The translations under genes and the position numbers were made by a program. 64,000 nt of DNA from an uncultured archaeon. GTDB taxonomy: Archaea > Thermoproteota > Nitrososphaeria > JACIWG01. The stretch's first letter is position 1; the number at the start of each line of letters is the position of its first letter. Shown piece after piece: positions 1 through 9,735 of this stretch. Location: contig CALHLD010000004.1 of the NCBI GenBank assembly GCA_938034445.1, positions 64,067-128,066 on the forward strand, given 5' to 3'. The notes under the pieces were generated by a model. That model saw only the letters and a program-made list of their open reading frames with translations. It was not told where the DNA came from and did not search any database.

Positions 1-660
1 ACAGAAGAACAATCTATAACTCCAAAAGACCTAACTATTTCTTGGATCATTTTCTTGGTAACTTTAGCTCTTCTAATTTTGCATCATCCATTAGAAGAGC
101 TTTTCCATTTAGAAAAGAATACTCTATTATTGGGTATCCCACTTTTTATGTCAAGTATAGTACTGTGGCTTGAGCCACAAAAAGCAAAGCATTTAGTTGA
201 ACGGAGAGTTGACTGGTGGACACTACTTTTTTTCATAATGCTATTTGCTTCTGTTGGCACACTACAGTATGTTGGTGTTATAGACATTTTAGCTAGAGGA
301 TTAATAAATATAGCAGGGCATGATCTTCTAACTTTAACAGCACTATTTATTCCAGTTATTGGTTTGCTTTCAGCATTGTTGGACAATGTTCTTGCCGTAG
401 CAACTTTCTCTCCTATTGTAATTGAAATTGGCGCTGTGGGCATAAATAATTTTCCACTTTGGTGGATTATGTTGCATTCTGCCTGTTTTATTGGCAATCT
501 TACAGTAATTGGAAGCACAGCAAATATTGTTGCCGCAGGTTTGTGTGAACGTAAAGGTGAGCGTATATCACTTTTAGAATGGGTAAAAATTGGTGCTTTA
601 GTTTCTGTACTAACTATATTGGTATCATTTGTACTCATTTACGTGCAACTTTTTATTTAA
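1..660 (+). CDS. ArsB/NhaD-superfamily (CitMHS-like) permease, C-terminal fragment. The gene starts upstream of the window; the ORF track starts it at an internal Met at 55.
   Basis: Polytopic hydrophobic protein. The motif GNLTVIGSTANIVAAG is typical of the second repeat of ArsB/NhaD/CitMHS permeases. The reading frame is open to the window edge. Confidence 0.5.
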   Translation, partial: TEEQSITPKDLTISWIIFLVTLALLILHHPLEELFHLEKNTLLLGIPLFMSSIVLWLEPQKAKHLVERRVDWWTLLFFIMLFASVGTLQYVGVIDILARGLINIAGHDLLTLTALFIPVIGLLSALLDNVLAVATFSPIVIEIGAVGINNFPLWWIMLHSACFIGNLTVIGSTANIVAAGLCERKGERISLLEWVKIGALVSVLTILVSFVLIYVQLFI

Positions 661-1112
661 AAATTCCAAATAATTTAATCACTTAGTAGTGTTTGCTGGT
701 CAATCTCTAAATTAACCTAATAAATTATTAGGTGAATACATTATAAATGAACACTATATTTTCATCCTAAGAAACACGAAATTACTGGTTTACATACTAC
801 TATAAACTACTATAATATTGCCATTTACCTTTTACACCATTTTTCTTCAATAGGAATTCTTCCTGAAGTAAAATTTATTAAAAAAAGAGTAAAAAACTTT
901 ACTCGCTACTTGCCTTCTTCAAAATTCTAGCGGACATGTGAATTAAAAACTCAATACACTCTTACGCTAAAATCATTCCATCCAAAACCTGTCCCCTGTG
1001 CATACTTTAGTCTAGATTAAATTTTCCGTAACTTTTCAAATTAATACAGACTATAGATGTTTTTGCCTTCAACATTTTAGATTTTAAAATTTTTAAATTA
1101 TATTATAAATTT

Positions 1113-2462
1113 ATGGTATGTGTGCGAAAAATTATGCGTGTGCCATACATCGACATCCTAAAAAATACAAGACTACTACTTTTCATATTATTCCTTATAA
1201 TTTCACCATTTATCTTTTACAATCTATTCTCTTCAATAGTGGTTCCTTTTGAGCCAAAGTTTGTTGAAAAAAATTGGCTAATATATAATGAGCCAGAATA
1301 TTTAATGAAGCAGACTCTTAGTGTTGTTATATTCTTAATGATCATTCTTGCAACATTATTGTTTTGGAAGTTCAGGGTTCCTGTAGCAATGGTTGGTGTC
1401 GCTCTAATGCTTATTGATGGTTTAGTCGAGCTCGACCTTTTGGTTGAATACATGAATATGCCAGTAATAATATTTTTACTCTGCATGATGATTATTGTAA
1501 GCTATATTCGTCGGCTAGGGTTTTTTGATTTTATATTGGAACGTACTATGATACTGACTAAATTTGAGCCTAAAATTCTACTAGTATTCTTTGTTCTAAT
1601 GTCCGCTTTCATGGCCGCGGTTGTGGATGAAGTAAGTTCAATACTTTTTATGAGTGTTCTAATATTTGATTTAGCTAAAAGGTTTGATGTCGACCCATTA
1701 CCATATCTTATGTGTTCAATTTTTGCAACAAACATTGGAAGTTCTGCAACTGTATTAGGTAATCCGATAGGTGTTTATGTCGCATTTTATGCTAGTTTAT
1801 CTTTTGACGATTTCCTTAAATGGGCTACACCCGCTGCTGTACTTTCCTCAATCATACTTGTGCCTCTAATGTTTAAACGGTATTCAGGTTTTCTTTCAAG
1901 GTTTAGACAAAAACTTTCTTCCTCCGTATTATCAGAGGAGTCTCCTACTCTAACTAGTGAAACTAAAAATGGTGGTATAATTTTTGTTATCATACTTCTT
2001 CTACTTGCTTTGCATCGTACTCTAGAATCAATTTTTTATCTTCCAAAAAATTCTTTACTTGTAGCAAAAACTCTTGCAGAAAGCTGGAACGAATTAGCGA
2101 ATCTTCTATTAAAGATTGGTGATGCCCTAATAAGGATTGGTGTCTTTCTAGCTCTAGTTTATGGCGTTTACCACGCAATTTATGCAGGATGGCGTATTTT
2201 AAATGGTGCTCCAATACACATTGGCTCTGATCCTATTACTTCAATTATTGATTCAATTATAACTTTTGGCTGTCTTGCCATACTCTATCGATTTGTTGAA
2301 AAGAGGATAGCAGGCAAGAGTTTTAGAATAGGCGGGCTTGTTGCACTTATAGTTGGTGCGATTCTTTTGGTTGTTGCATCAATTGCGGGCTTTATTATAA
2401 TATTTGGAGGCTTCTTTATAATATTAGCTGTGGAGCTTAGAAGGCCGTCTGCATTCTTTTAA
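1113..2462 (+). CDS. ArsB/NhaD-superfamily (CitMHS-like) permease, full length. It is a paralog of the truncated upstream gene.
   Basis: 449 aa with about 10-12 TM helices. The motif TNIGSSATVLGNPIG is characteristic of this permease family. A second ATG at 1134 is an alternative start. Confidence 0.55.
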   Translation: MVCVRKIMRVPYIDILKNTRLLLFILFLIISPFIFYNLFSSIVVPFEPKFVEKNWLIYNEPEYLMKQTLSVVIFLMIILATLLFWKFRVPVAMVGVALMLIDGLVELDLLVEYMNMPVIIFLLCMMIIVSYIRRLGFFDFILERTMILTKFEPKILLVFFVLMSAFMAAVVDEVSSILFMSVLIFDLAKRFDVDPLPYLMCSIFATNIGSSATVLGNPIGVYVAFYASLSFDDFLKWATPAAVLSSIILVPLMFKRYSGFLSRFRQKLSSSVLSEESPTLTSETKNGGIIFVIILLLLALHRTLESIFYLPKNSLLVAKTLAESWNELANLLLKIGDALIRIGVFLALVYGVYHAIYAGWRILNGAPIHIGSDPITSIIDSIITFGCLAILYRFVEKRIAGKSFRIGGLVALIVGAILLVVASIAGFIIIFGGFFIILAVELRRPSAFF

Positions 2463-2509
2463 CATATCTTAAAAATTTTTTAAATACATCATGAATATTT
2501 TAAGATTAT

Positions 2510-2803
2510 ATGGTTGAATCTGCATTTAAAAGGCTGGAAAATCGTATTCTCTTAAAGAATAAGTTGTACGAAAAGGGCTTTAGTGTTAGGTTTCATAGTT
2601 ACGAATATTACATTATTAGAGACAAGTTTGTTTCAATCATATTATTAGAACCAGGCTTTAATAGGGTTATTATACATAAGATAAGCTGGAATCTACCAGA
2701 TTCTGAGGTTTCTGTTAAAGAAATATGTTCTATAGTAAAGGAGATTGATCCATTTGTTAAAATTTTTATAGAAGAGGATGAGAAACTTGATTTATGTTCA
2801 TAA
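2510..2803 (+). CDS. hypothetical small protein, possibly co-transcribed with the downstream ABC exporter
   Basis: 97-aa ORF with coding-like composition and no recognisable motif. It ends 22 nt before the ABC ATPase gene. Confidence 0.3.
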   Translation: MVESAFKRLENRILLKNKLYEKGFSVRFHSYEYYIIRDKFVSIILLEPGFNRVIIHKISWNLPDSEVSVKEICSIVKEIDPFVKIFIEEDEKLDLCS

Positions 2804-2824
2804 ATTGGATGGTGTAGTGAAATA

Positions 2825-3649
2825 ATGTTGTTTGATGACACGTTCGACAGGTATGACCCTTCCCAAGCCATCTTATATGTTTATGATGTTTGGAAAGCTT
2901 ATGATAGTGTATCCGCCTTAAACGGTATATCCCTTTATGTTAAAAAGGGTGAAATTTTAGGTCTTATAGGTCCCAACGGTTCTGGTAAAACTACTACAAT
3001 AAAGATTATTCTAGGCTTGCTTAAAAAGGATAGGGGTATAGTTAATGTTTTAGGTTATGATATTGATAAGGAACCTTTTAAATATAAGCAGTTTATTGGA
3101 TATGTTCCTGAAGCTGCTGTAATTCCCGAATATTTGACAGCATACGAGTTCTTATATTATTTTGGACGTATAAGGGCTGTTCCCGAAAATGTTTTGAAAG
3201 ACAAAATTGAAGGTTTTATGAAACTATTGGGTTTAATTGATAAGAAGAAAGAGTTGATTGTCTCACTTTCTAAGGGTATGAAGCAGAAGCTTATCTTTTT
3301 ATCTTCACTCATTTGTGAACCTAAGCTTCTGTTATTAGATGAACCTTTTATAGGAATAGACCCTGAAGGTCAATATGAAATCAAGTCTATCCTTAAAGGT
3401 CTTTCTGAAAAAGGCTGTTCTATTCTCCTATCAACACATCTACTTGATTTTGCTGAAAGGTTCTGTGATAGGGTTGCTATAATAAATAAGGGTAAGAATA
3501 TTGCTACCGGCGATTTAGAGCATCTTAAACAGCGTGTAAGTTTAGGTGAAGATACCACTCTTGAACAAATATTTCTAACTTTAACAAAGGATCAGCCTGG
3601 AGTAAAAGATAATCGGATGGTTGAAGAGAAAGAAAGAAGGCGTTTTTAG
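2825..3649 (+). CDS. ABC transporter ATP-binding protein (ABC-2/exporter type)
   Basis: Walker A GPNGSGKTT, signature LSKGMKQKL and Walker B LLLDEPFIGIDP. Confidence 0.9.
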   Translation: MLFDDTFDRYDPSQAILYVYDVWKAYDSVSALNGISLYVKKGEILGLIGPNGSGKTTTIKIILGLLKKDRGIVNVLGYDIDKEPFKYKQFIGYVPEAAVIPEYLTAYEFLYYFGRIRAVPENVLKDKIEGFMKLLGLIDKKKELIVSLSKGMKQKLIFLSSLICEPKLLLLDEPFIGIDPEGQYEIKSILKGLSEKGCSILLSTHLLDFAERFCDRVAIINKGKNIATGDLEHLKQRVSLGEDTTLEQIFLTLTKDQPGVKDNRMVEEKERRRF

Positions 3650-3662
3650 AGGGTAGAGTCTT

Positions 3663-5171
3663 TTGGCTGTAAAAGAAATCTATCTTCTAAGAATTATTGC
3701 AACCTTCGGCTCTTTAAGGAAATCCAAGTCTGATGCTATCATAATTTTAGCTATTTTATTTATTGGAATGGCGTTGATTCCAGCTATTTTTTCTGAGGGC
3801 TCTTTTTATGGTAATATAGTTGTTGACACTTTATTACGCTACCCTATACTTTTAATATTTCCTCTTCTTTTTCTTTCATCAGTTTTGGTAAGTAAAATGA
3901 ATGTAACAGAATATGAGCGTGATTTTATCTTATCCACAGGGATTTCATCTTCAGAATTTTTAATAGCAAAAACGCTATATGATTTAACCATGGTTTTACT
4001 TCTTTTCTTTCTACCTCTTTTAATACCTTTTATTCTTTCTATAGTTCTCCTCAAAATCTTCTATATTTTTCTATTTTTCTCAATACTAACAACACTTGTA
4101 ATCTCGGTTTTGCTCGAAAATAGTTTTAAGGTTTTAATATTATTCTATAATAGGAATATTGTTAGGGCTGCAATTTTATTAATTATAATACTTTTTTCTC
4201 TACCCTTACTTAATAGTCTTTATCCTGAAATTTTTCCTGACTGGTTATATTATGTTTCTCCAATAGGCTGTATACAGGTTTTGTTAGTGAAAAATAATTT
4301 CATTATACCCGTTTCCTCCATCATTTTCTGGATTGCTTTTTCCTTGTTCCTCTTGTTTAAAGCATCTAATGTAAATTTTATTCCATTGGTTCAAGTTGTC
4401 CCATTACGTACTATGTTTGATATAAGCTTAGCTTCACAAGTGAGAAAGCAGAAGTATGTCCTAAGTAAGATTGGACCACTTTCTATACCTGTAGGACTTT
4501 ATAGTGCGCCAAAAAATAAGGTTCTATTTTATGCTAAGGAGTCCATTACTAGAACATTTAGGTTCGGAGACTTTTATAACCTTATCCTAACAACATTTTT
4601 CCTCTACCTACCCTACATTTTTTTAAAACCATATTCATCTAATATGTATGGTTTCTATAGACTAACCCTTTCCCCAGCATATTTCATAATAATATTTTAT
4701 CCACTGATATTTTCTCAATTGTGGGTTACTGAATTTGGGGAATGTGTGTGGATTGTTAAAGCTTATTCTAAAGAATTTTTTTCATTTTCTCTAGGACTAT
4801 TTTTTTGGCAGCTTTTCATAGCTTTACCAACAATTTTTATAATAGGCGTAATAGAATTTTTTCTTAACACATATAATTTAATTCCATCCTTAACCTTCTC
4901 AACTTTAACATTAATTGTAAACTCTGCTTTCGGAATATTTTACACCTTTTGGCTTCTAAAAAGGAAGGCCTTCACTCCACTAATGTTGTTCATTGGAATA
5001 ATCTTCTATGTCATCCTATCGACACCACCACTTTCACTTCTTTTTATCAAAGAATTTTTTATAATCAAATTAGAGTTTGTTTTAGACCTACTTTCTATCA
5101 TCTACACACTAGCTTCTGCCTATATTTTCCTATATAAGGCTGTAAAAATTTTTGAAGAAATAGAAGTATAG
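3663..5171 (+). CDS. ABC-2 type transporter permease, partner of the upstream ATPase
   Basis: 502 aa and extremely hydrophobic with many TM helices. It starts 14 nt after the ABC ATPase gene. Confidence 0.6.
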   Translation: MAVKEIYLLRIIATFGSLRKSKSDAIIILAILFIGMALIPAIFSEGSFYGNIVVDTLLRYPILLIFPLLFLSSVLVSKMNVTEYERDFILSTGISSSEFLIAKTLYDLTMVLLLFFLPLLIPFILSIVLLKIFYIFLFFSILTTLVISVLLENSFKVLILFYNRNIVRAAILLIIILFSLPLLNSLYPEIFPDWLYYVSPIGCIQVLLVKNNFIIPVSSIIFWIAFSLFLLFKASNVNFIPLVQVVPLRTMFDISLASQVRKQKYVLSKIGPLSIPVGLYSAPKNKVLFYAKESITRTFRFGDFYNLILTTFFLYLPYIFLKPYSSNMYGFYRLTLSPAYFIIIFYPLIFSQLWVTEFGECVWIVKAYSKEFFSFSLGLFFWQLFIALPTIFIIGVIEFFLNTYNLIPSLTFSTLTLIVNSAFGIFYTFWLLKRKAFTPLMLFIGIIFYVILSTPPLSLLFIKEFFIIKLEFVLDLLSIIYTLASAYIFLYKAVKIFEEIEV

Positions 5172-5182
5172 CCATATACCAT

Positions 5183-6346
5183 TCAAGTTTTGAGAAATTT
5201 TTCCATTCTCGAAATGGCTTCCTCAATTTTTTCTCTTGAAGTCGCATAAGAAATTCTAAAATGCTTTTCATAGCCCATTCCAAAACTTGAGCCGGGTGTT
5301 GTGTTCACTCCAGCCTTTTCTAGTAAATGTTCTGAAAATTTTTCCGCTTCACTATAGACGTCTTCAGCGTTTGGGAAAAAGTAGAATGCTCCTTGAGGTT
5401 TCTGAATTTTGAAACCCATTCTCCTTAGTCCATTGTAGAAGATGTCTCTTCTTATCTTAAACTCATTTACCATGCCCCTTACATAACTTTCACATTCATT
5501 TAATGCTGTAACTGCTGCCTTCTGTATGAATGTTGGAGGATGGGTTGTGGTCTGCTGCTGTACTTTCAAAATTTCTTTAACCACATCCTTTGGACCGCAT
5601 ATGTATCCAAGCCTCCACCCTGTCATAGAATATGCTTTACTGAATCCATTAACTATAATAGTCCTATCTTTCATTCTATTAATCTTTGAAAATGGCGTAA
5701 ACTCTCCATCATAAACTAGTCTACAGTATATTTCATCTGAAACAACCCATAGCTCTTTTCTTTCTACTATTTCCGCAACATTTTCTAAAGTTCTCTTATC
5801 ATATAAGACGCCCGCAGGATTGTTTGGATAATTTAAAAGTAATGCCTTAGTTCTATTTGTAATAGACTCCTCTATATCTTCTGGAAGGAGTTCAAAATTT
5901 TCTCCAGTTCTAACTTGAACTGGAACCGCTCCAACAAATTTTGCTATATCAAAGTAGCTTGGCCAAGCCGGTGTCGGAATAATCACCTCATCACCTTCAT
6001 CTAAAAGTGCGGTAAGAGCATAAAAAATCCCCATTTTTGCTCCAGTTGTGACAACAATTTCGTTTGGCAAATATTCTATCCTAAAATTTTCTCTTAAATT
6101 ATTTGATATCGCCTCCCTAAGTTCAAGTAATCCTTGACTCTGAGAATATTTTGTTAACCCTTCATTTAAAGCCTTGTATGCTGACTCAATTATAGGTTTT
6201 GGAGTTGGAAAGTCTGGTTCACCAACATCAAGGCTTATTACATCAACACCCTTTGCCCTTAATTCTCTAGCTTTTTCAGCCGCCTTCATAGTAGCTGACT
6301 CGCCTATCTTAAATAACTTTTTTGGTGGAGTATAGTTTTTCATCAC
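5183..6346 (-). CDS. class I/II PLP-dependent aminotransferase (aspartate aminotransferase-like)
   Basis: NYPNNPAGV and SKAYSMTGWRLGY (PLP-lysine motif), with a fold-type I layout and 387 aa. Confidence 0.85.
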   Translation of the reverse strand: MMKNYTPPKKLFKIGESATMKAAEKARELRAKGVDVISLDVGEPDFPTPKPIIESAYKALNEGLTKYSQSQGLLELREAISNNLRENFRIEYLPNEIVVTTGAKMGIFYALTALLDEGDEVIIPTPAWPSYFDIAKFVGAVPVQVRTGENFELLPEDIEESITNRTKALLLNYPNNPAGVLYDKRTLENVAEIVERKELWVVSDEIYCRLVYDGEFTPFSKINRMKDRTIIVNGFSKAYSMTGWRLGYICGPKDVVKEILKVQQQTTTHPPTFIQKAAVTALNECESYVRGMVNEFKIRRDIFYNGLRRMGFKIQKPQGAFYFFPNAEDVYSEAEKFSEHLLEKAGVNTTPGSSFGMGYEKHFRISYATSREKIEEAISRMEKFLKT

Positions 6347-6450
6347 AAATAGTATTTGAAAAATTTATTTTAAACTTTGTTTTTAACTTTAATCAACGGA
6401 TAAATTTTTTTTGTTATAGTTTAAATATGATATCATATAATATGTTAACG

Positions 6451-6939
6451 ATGCCTAAAAAGGTTCTAATACTCTCTGACACACATTGCGAATCTCTTGC
6501 ACAACTTTCTCCTAAGATTTGTGATAAAATAAAGGATGTTGACATCATAATTCATGCCGGAGATTACACGCAAATTAGTTTGGTTGAAGAATTAGCCAAG
6601 GTTAAAACCTTCTACGGCGTTTACGGTAATATGGACAGTTATGAAATAAAGAATAAGTTACCGGAAAAGCTTGTTATCGAATTAGAGGGGTTCAAAATAG
6701 GTGTAACACATCCTCCAGAAGGCGGTGCACCATTTAGCATCAAAAAGAGGGTTAAAGCCATTATAAAAGAAAGGGTTGATGCAATAATCTTCGGCCACAC
6801 TCATAAAGCAGAAATATCTAAAATTGAAGACATATTATATATAAACCCGGGTTCAGCGAAATCTAGTTTCATACACCCACAAACTTATGCACTATTAGAA
6901 GTTTTGGACAAGCTTTACCCAAAAATTGTAAAAATTTAA
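6451..6939 (+). CDS. metallophosphoesterase, YfcE/MJ0936 family
   Basis: LILSDTHCES, IIHAGDYT, GNMD and GHTHKAEI motifs. The ORF track start at 6322 overlaps the aminotransferase; the ATG at 6451 (MPKKVLILSDTH) matches family N-termini. A TTTAAATA TATA-like box lies about 30 nt upstream. Confidence 0.8.
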   Translation: MPKKVLILSDTHCESLAQLSPKICDKIKDVDIIIHAGDYTQISLVEELAKVKTFYGVYGNMDSYEIKNKLPEKLVIELEGFKIGVTHPPEGGAPFSIKKRVKAIIKERVDAIIFGHTHKAEISKIEDILYINPGSAKSSFIHPQTYALLEVLDKLYPKIVKI

Positions 6940-6965
6940 ATGCTCCTCCATCAATGGATGGTTGT

Positions 6966-7016
6966 CGCGGGTGGTGGTCCTCCCACTGTTCCGCGTAATA
7001 AACCCCGGTTGGGAGG
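6966..7016 (+). other. GC-rich element able to form an H-type pseudoknot. Stem CGCGG/CCGCG, plus a loop segment CCUCCCA that pairs with a downstream UGGGAGG across an A-rich loop.
   Basis: Seen in sequence. CGCGG at 6966-6970 pairs with CCGCG at 6991-6995. CCTCCCA at 6979-6985 pairs with TGGGAGG at 7010-7016. The third loop is TAATAAACCCCGGT. This is an island of high GC in AT-rich intergenic DNA between the phosphoesterase gene and queT. Confidence 0.3.
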
Positions 7017-7056
7017 TGTATAAAATATTGGAAAAAATAGAAATAGTCTAATATAT

Positions 7057-7548
7057 TTGGAGAGGAAGACTTTCACACTATCAATTGTGATTGCAGCATT
7101 GTATGCAGCTTTAACAATATTGCTTGGTCCACTAAGTTTTTCAGCATTGTTCCAGATTAGATTATCCGATTCACTTATTCCATTAAGCCATAATCGAAGG
7201 ATAGGTAAGGCTGCAATATTTGGAACCACTTTGGGTGCTATTGTTTCCAACATCTTTTCTTTCTATGGCTTTTATGATCTTCTTATTGGTTCTATAGCGA
7301 ACTTTTTTGCAAGCCTTATACCTTATCTGCTTAGCTCACATAAAAGTGTATACGCTATGTTTCTGGCGACCACATTATCGTGTTTAACTGTTATCTTCTT
7401 TGTAGGATTCATACTTTTTAACCAAATACTAAATATTCCACTTGAAACATCACTATTGAGCATCACATTTGGCTCTATTATCTCAATAATATTTTTGGGC
7501 ACCATTCTCCTTTTTGCGTTAGAAAAATTTTTCAGTAAACAAAACTAG
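7057..7548 (+). CDS. queT: QueT-family (DUF988/COG4708) queuosine-precursor transporter, TTG start
   Basis: About 160 aa and 5 TM. The N-terminus LSIVIAALYAALTILLGPLSF resembles QueT S-components. A TATAAAAT box lies about 35 nt upstream of the TTG start. Confidence 0.55.
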   Translation: MERKTFTLSIVIAALYAALTILLGPLSFSALFQIRLSDSLIPLSHNRRIGKAAIFGTTLGAIVSNIFSFYGFYDLLIGSIANFFASLIPYLLSSHKSVYAMFLATTLSCLTVIFFVGFILFNQILNIPLETSLLSITFGSIISIIFLGTILLFALEKFFSKQN

Positions 7549-8354
7549 CTAATTAAATCTAGTATGTTTTTGCCTAACTTTTCATTAGCAGCCAAAATAC
7601 AACTTATTCTTCCATCATATGAGAGGTCTAACTCATTTTCTATATTAAGTAGTTTAACAAATGCTCCTGAAATTTTTGCCATAAAAAGTGAAGCCGCTAT
7701 GTCTACAACACGTAATCTTGGATATAATTCGATGAAAGCATCTAGGCTTCCAATGGAAACGTATGCTGTTTCTATCGCGGCAGTGCCAAAGAATCTTGGA
7801 TACTTAACATACTTTAGTATCTTGAATAGTTTTTCACTATATCCTTTATCATCAGTTCCATACAATCTTGGTATTACTGTAGCCAAGGTAATAGGTAATT
7901 CTGTCCTTGATGAGGGTCTCCTCACTTGCCCGTTTAGATAAACATTTTTTCCATCACAAAATATTATGTCTCCGGTAACAATGTTTGATACACCTGAAAC
8001 AATTACGTCAGAAAATTTTAAACTTTTTGAAATACATATGGACGTACTATAGCATGGTATTCCTCTGACTGCATTATTGCTTCCATCAAGTGGGTCTATG
8101 ATGGCTATTGTTCCTCCACCATTAACATTTATTGTTCCAGATTCTTCGCTTATTAATGTAAACCCTATACCAGTTTTTCTAAATTCTTCAATTATCGCGC
8201 CTTCTGCTTCGGTGTCAATGTTGTAGGTTGTATCTCCGAACCTGTTTTCTTTCAAGCTGAAAATGTTTTCTCTACAATTAATTACCTTTTCACGCGCTCT
8301 TTTGAATGCGTGTTCTAATATTGCAAGATAGTTTTCCGGGTTCAAGCTTGACAC
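7545..8354 (-). CDS. suhB: inositol monophosphatase / fructose-1,6-bisphosphatase family protein
   Basis: IDPLDGSNN (the DPxDGT metal-binding motif) and a C-terminal DIAAS (WDxAAG-like) motif, 269 aa. Confidence 0.8.
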   Translation of the reverse strand: MSSLNPENYLAILEHAFKRAREKVINCRENIFSLKENRFGDTTYNIDTEAEGAIIEEFRKTGIGFTLISEESGTINVNGGGTIAIIDPLDGSNNAVRGIPCYSTSICISKSLKFSDVIVSGVSNIVTGDIIFCDGKNVYLNGQVRRPSSRTELPITLATVIPRLYGTDDKGYSEKLFKILKYVKYPRFFGTAAIETAYVSIGSLDAFIELYPRLRVVDIAASLFMAKISGAFVKLLNIENELDLSYDGRISCILAANEKLGKNILDLIS

Positions 8355-8444
8355 TTAAGGTTTAATGTGTGTGTATTTAAATTGCTTTGCATTTAACTTT
8401 TCTGGAAACAACTTTTTATAATACTATTCTAATGTGCCAAGATA

Positions 8445-9254
8445 ATGGTCTCCAGCTATAGAAAGATTGAAGTTATACCCTTAAAAGTTCATAGAATATG
8501 CGAGGGAGAAGATGTTATAGAAGTTTTAATCAAGGCAATAAAAAGAAAGAGATTGAAGTTGAATGATGGTGATGTTATTGCTGTAGCTGATAAGGTGCTT
8601 GCATTTTATGAAGGAAGAATAGTTAACTATCAGAATATTCACATTTCAGAGGAGGCTCTGATGTTGGCTAAAAAATATAATCTTGAGCCAGGTTTTGTTC
8701 AACTTGTTCTTAATGAATCTGAAAAGGTTTTTGGAGGTGTTGAGAGGGCAATACTTACGCTTACGAAAGGTGTTTTGATGGCGAATGCTGGAGTTGATCA
8801 TAAGAACGCTCCCCGAGGTAAGGCTGCCCTATGGCCAAAAAATCCTGAAGTTTTGGCTTCGAAGATAAGGGTTGAGCTTGAAAGAAGGTTTGGGAAAAAA
8901 TTGGCTGTGATTATTGTGGATAGTAAGGTTAATCCTCTTAGGCGTGGGACTGTAGGAATAGCTATAGGCTTTTCTGGACTAGCTCCGGTACTCGATTGTA
9001 GAGGTAAAAAGGATCTTTTTGGCAATTCTCTTAAGATAACTTTCATGAATGTTGTTGATGACCTTGCTACAATGGCCCATCTTCTTATGGGTGAAACAAC
9101 TGAATCGATTCCATTTGTCTTAATAAGGAATGCTCCTATTAATTTAACAGAAGAAGACTTGTCTGATGAAGTGAAAATATCTGAAGAAGATTGTCTAATT
9201 TTAAATAGTCTAAAAGAGTATTATTGTTCAAATAACTGTTGTAGAAAAATATAA
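8445..9254 (+). CDS. CofE-like (F420-0:gamma-glutamyl ligase family) protein with a Cys-rich C-terminal tail
   Basis: GDVIAVADKV...GRI and MANAGVDHKNAP match the CofE/gamma-glutamyl-ligase fold pattern. The tail CSNNCCRKI is unusual. Confidence 0.55.
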   Translation: MVSSYRKIEVIPLKVHRICEGEDVIEVLIKAIKRKRLKLNDGDVIAVADKVLAFYEGRIVNYQNIHISEEALMLAKKYNLEPGFVQLVLNESEKVFGGVERAILTLTKGVLMANAGVDHKNAPRGKAALWPKNPEVLASKIRVELERRFGKKLAVIIVDSKVNPLRRGTVGIAIGFSGLAPVLDCRGKKDLFGNSLKITFMNVVDDLATMAHLLMGETTESIPFVLIRNAPINLTEEDLSDEVKISEEDCLILNSLKEYYCSNNCCRKI

Positions 9255-9260
9255 ATTTGC

Positions 9261-9728
9261 ATGTTGTACGAAAATATTTGTTTGGAAGATAAAGATATAT
9301 CAAAAATATTTGAAGTTGTAGGAGGAAGATTAAGAACAAATTTTGTTCTAGCACTTAGAGATGGCCCATTAAGGCCTGTGCAATTAAGTCAGAAGCTGGA
9401 CACGCCTATATCAAACCTCTATAGAATATTTAATGATCTAAAGCAGGTTGGTTTAGTTGAATCATTTGAAAAAGAGGGGCTTGTTTACTGGAGCCTTACA
9501 GAGTTTGGGGAAAGATGGATTAACGCAAACATAGAAGCCATAACAGGAAGTTTACGAGAGGATGTAAAGGAAAGTTTTTGGAGAAAACATAGAATACCAT
9601 TGCTTGTATCGTTAACAATACTTTTGTTTTCAGGTGTTAGAGCTATACTTGCTTCGGAGCCTACTTGGTTCTTGGGTGGAATAATCCTTTCTGTACTCGT
9701 TTACCTTATCATAGAAAAGATTAAATGA
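9261..9728 (+). CDS. winged-helix (ArsR-like) DNA-binding protein with two C-terminal TM helices; possibly a membrane-anchored regulator
   Basis: An N-terminal HTH-like segment (PVQLSQKLDTPISNLYRIFNDLKQVGLV) is followed by hydrophobic stretches at the C-terminus. It sits 8 nt upstream of trxB. Confidence 0.4.
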   Translation: MLYENICLEDKDISKIFEVVGGRLRTNFVLALRDGPLRPVQLSQKLDTPISNLYRIFNDLKQVGLVESFEKEGLVYWSLTEFGERWINANIEAITGSLREDVKESFWRKHRIPLLVSLTILLFSGVRAILASEPTWFLGGIILSVLVYLIIEKIK

Positions 9729-9735
9729 AATTAAT

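Noticed and set aside
84-638. A 184-aa minus-strand ORF antisense to the first permease fragment
   Set aside because: It is the antisense shadow of a hydrophobic membrane-protein gene and has no motifs.
6960-7020. Possible tRNA in the only GC-rich intergenic patch
   Set aside because: There is no acceptor/T-arm arrangement and no GTTCRANYC T-loop on either strand. It folds as a pseudoknot or hairpin instead.
6951-7253. A 100-aa minus-strand ORF spanning the GC-rich element and the queT 5' region
   Set aside because: It overlaps the well-supported QueT gene on the opposite strand. Its Gly/Pro-rich start is simply the translation of the GC-rich hairpin.
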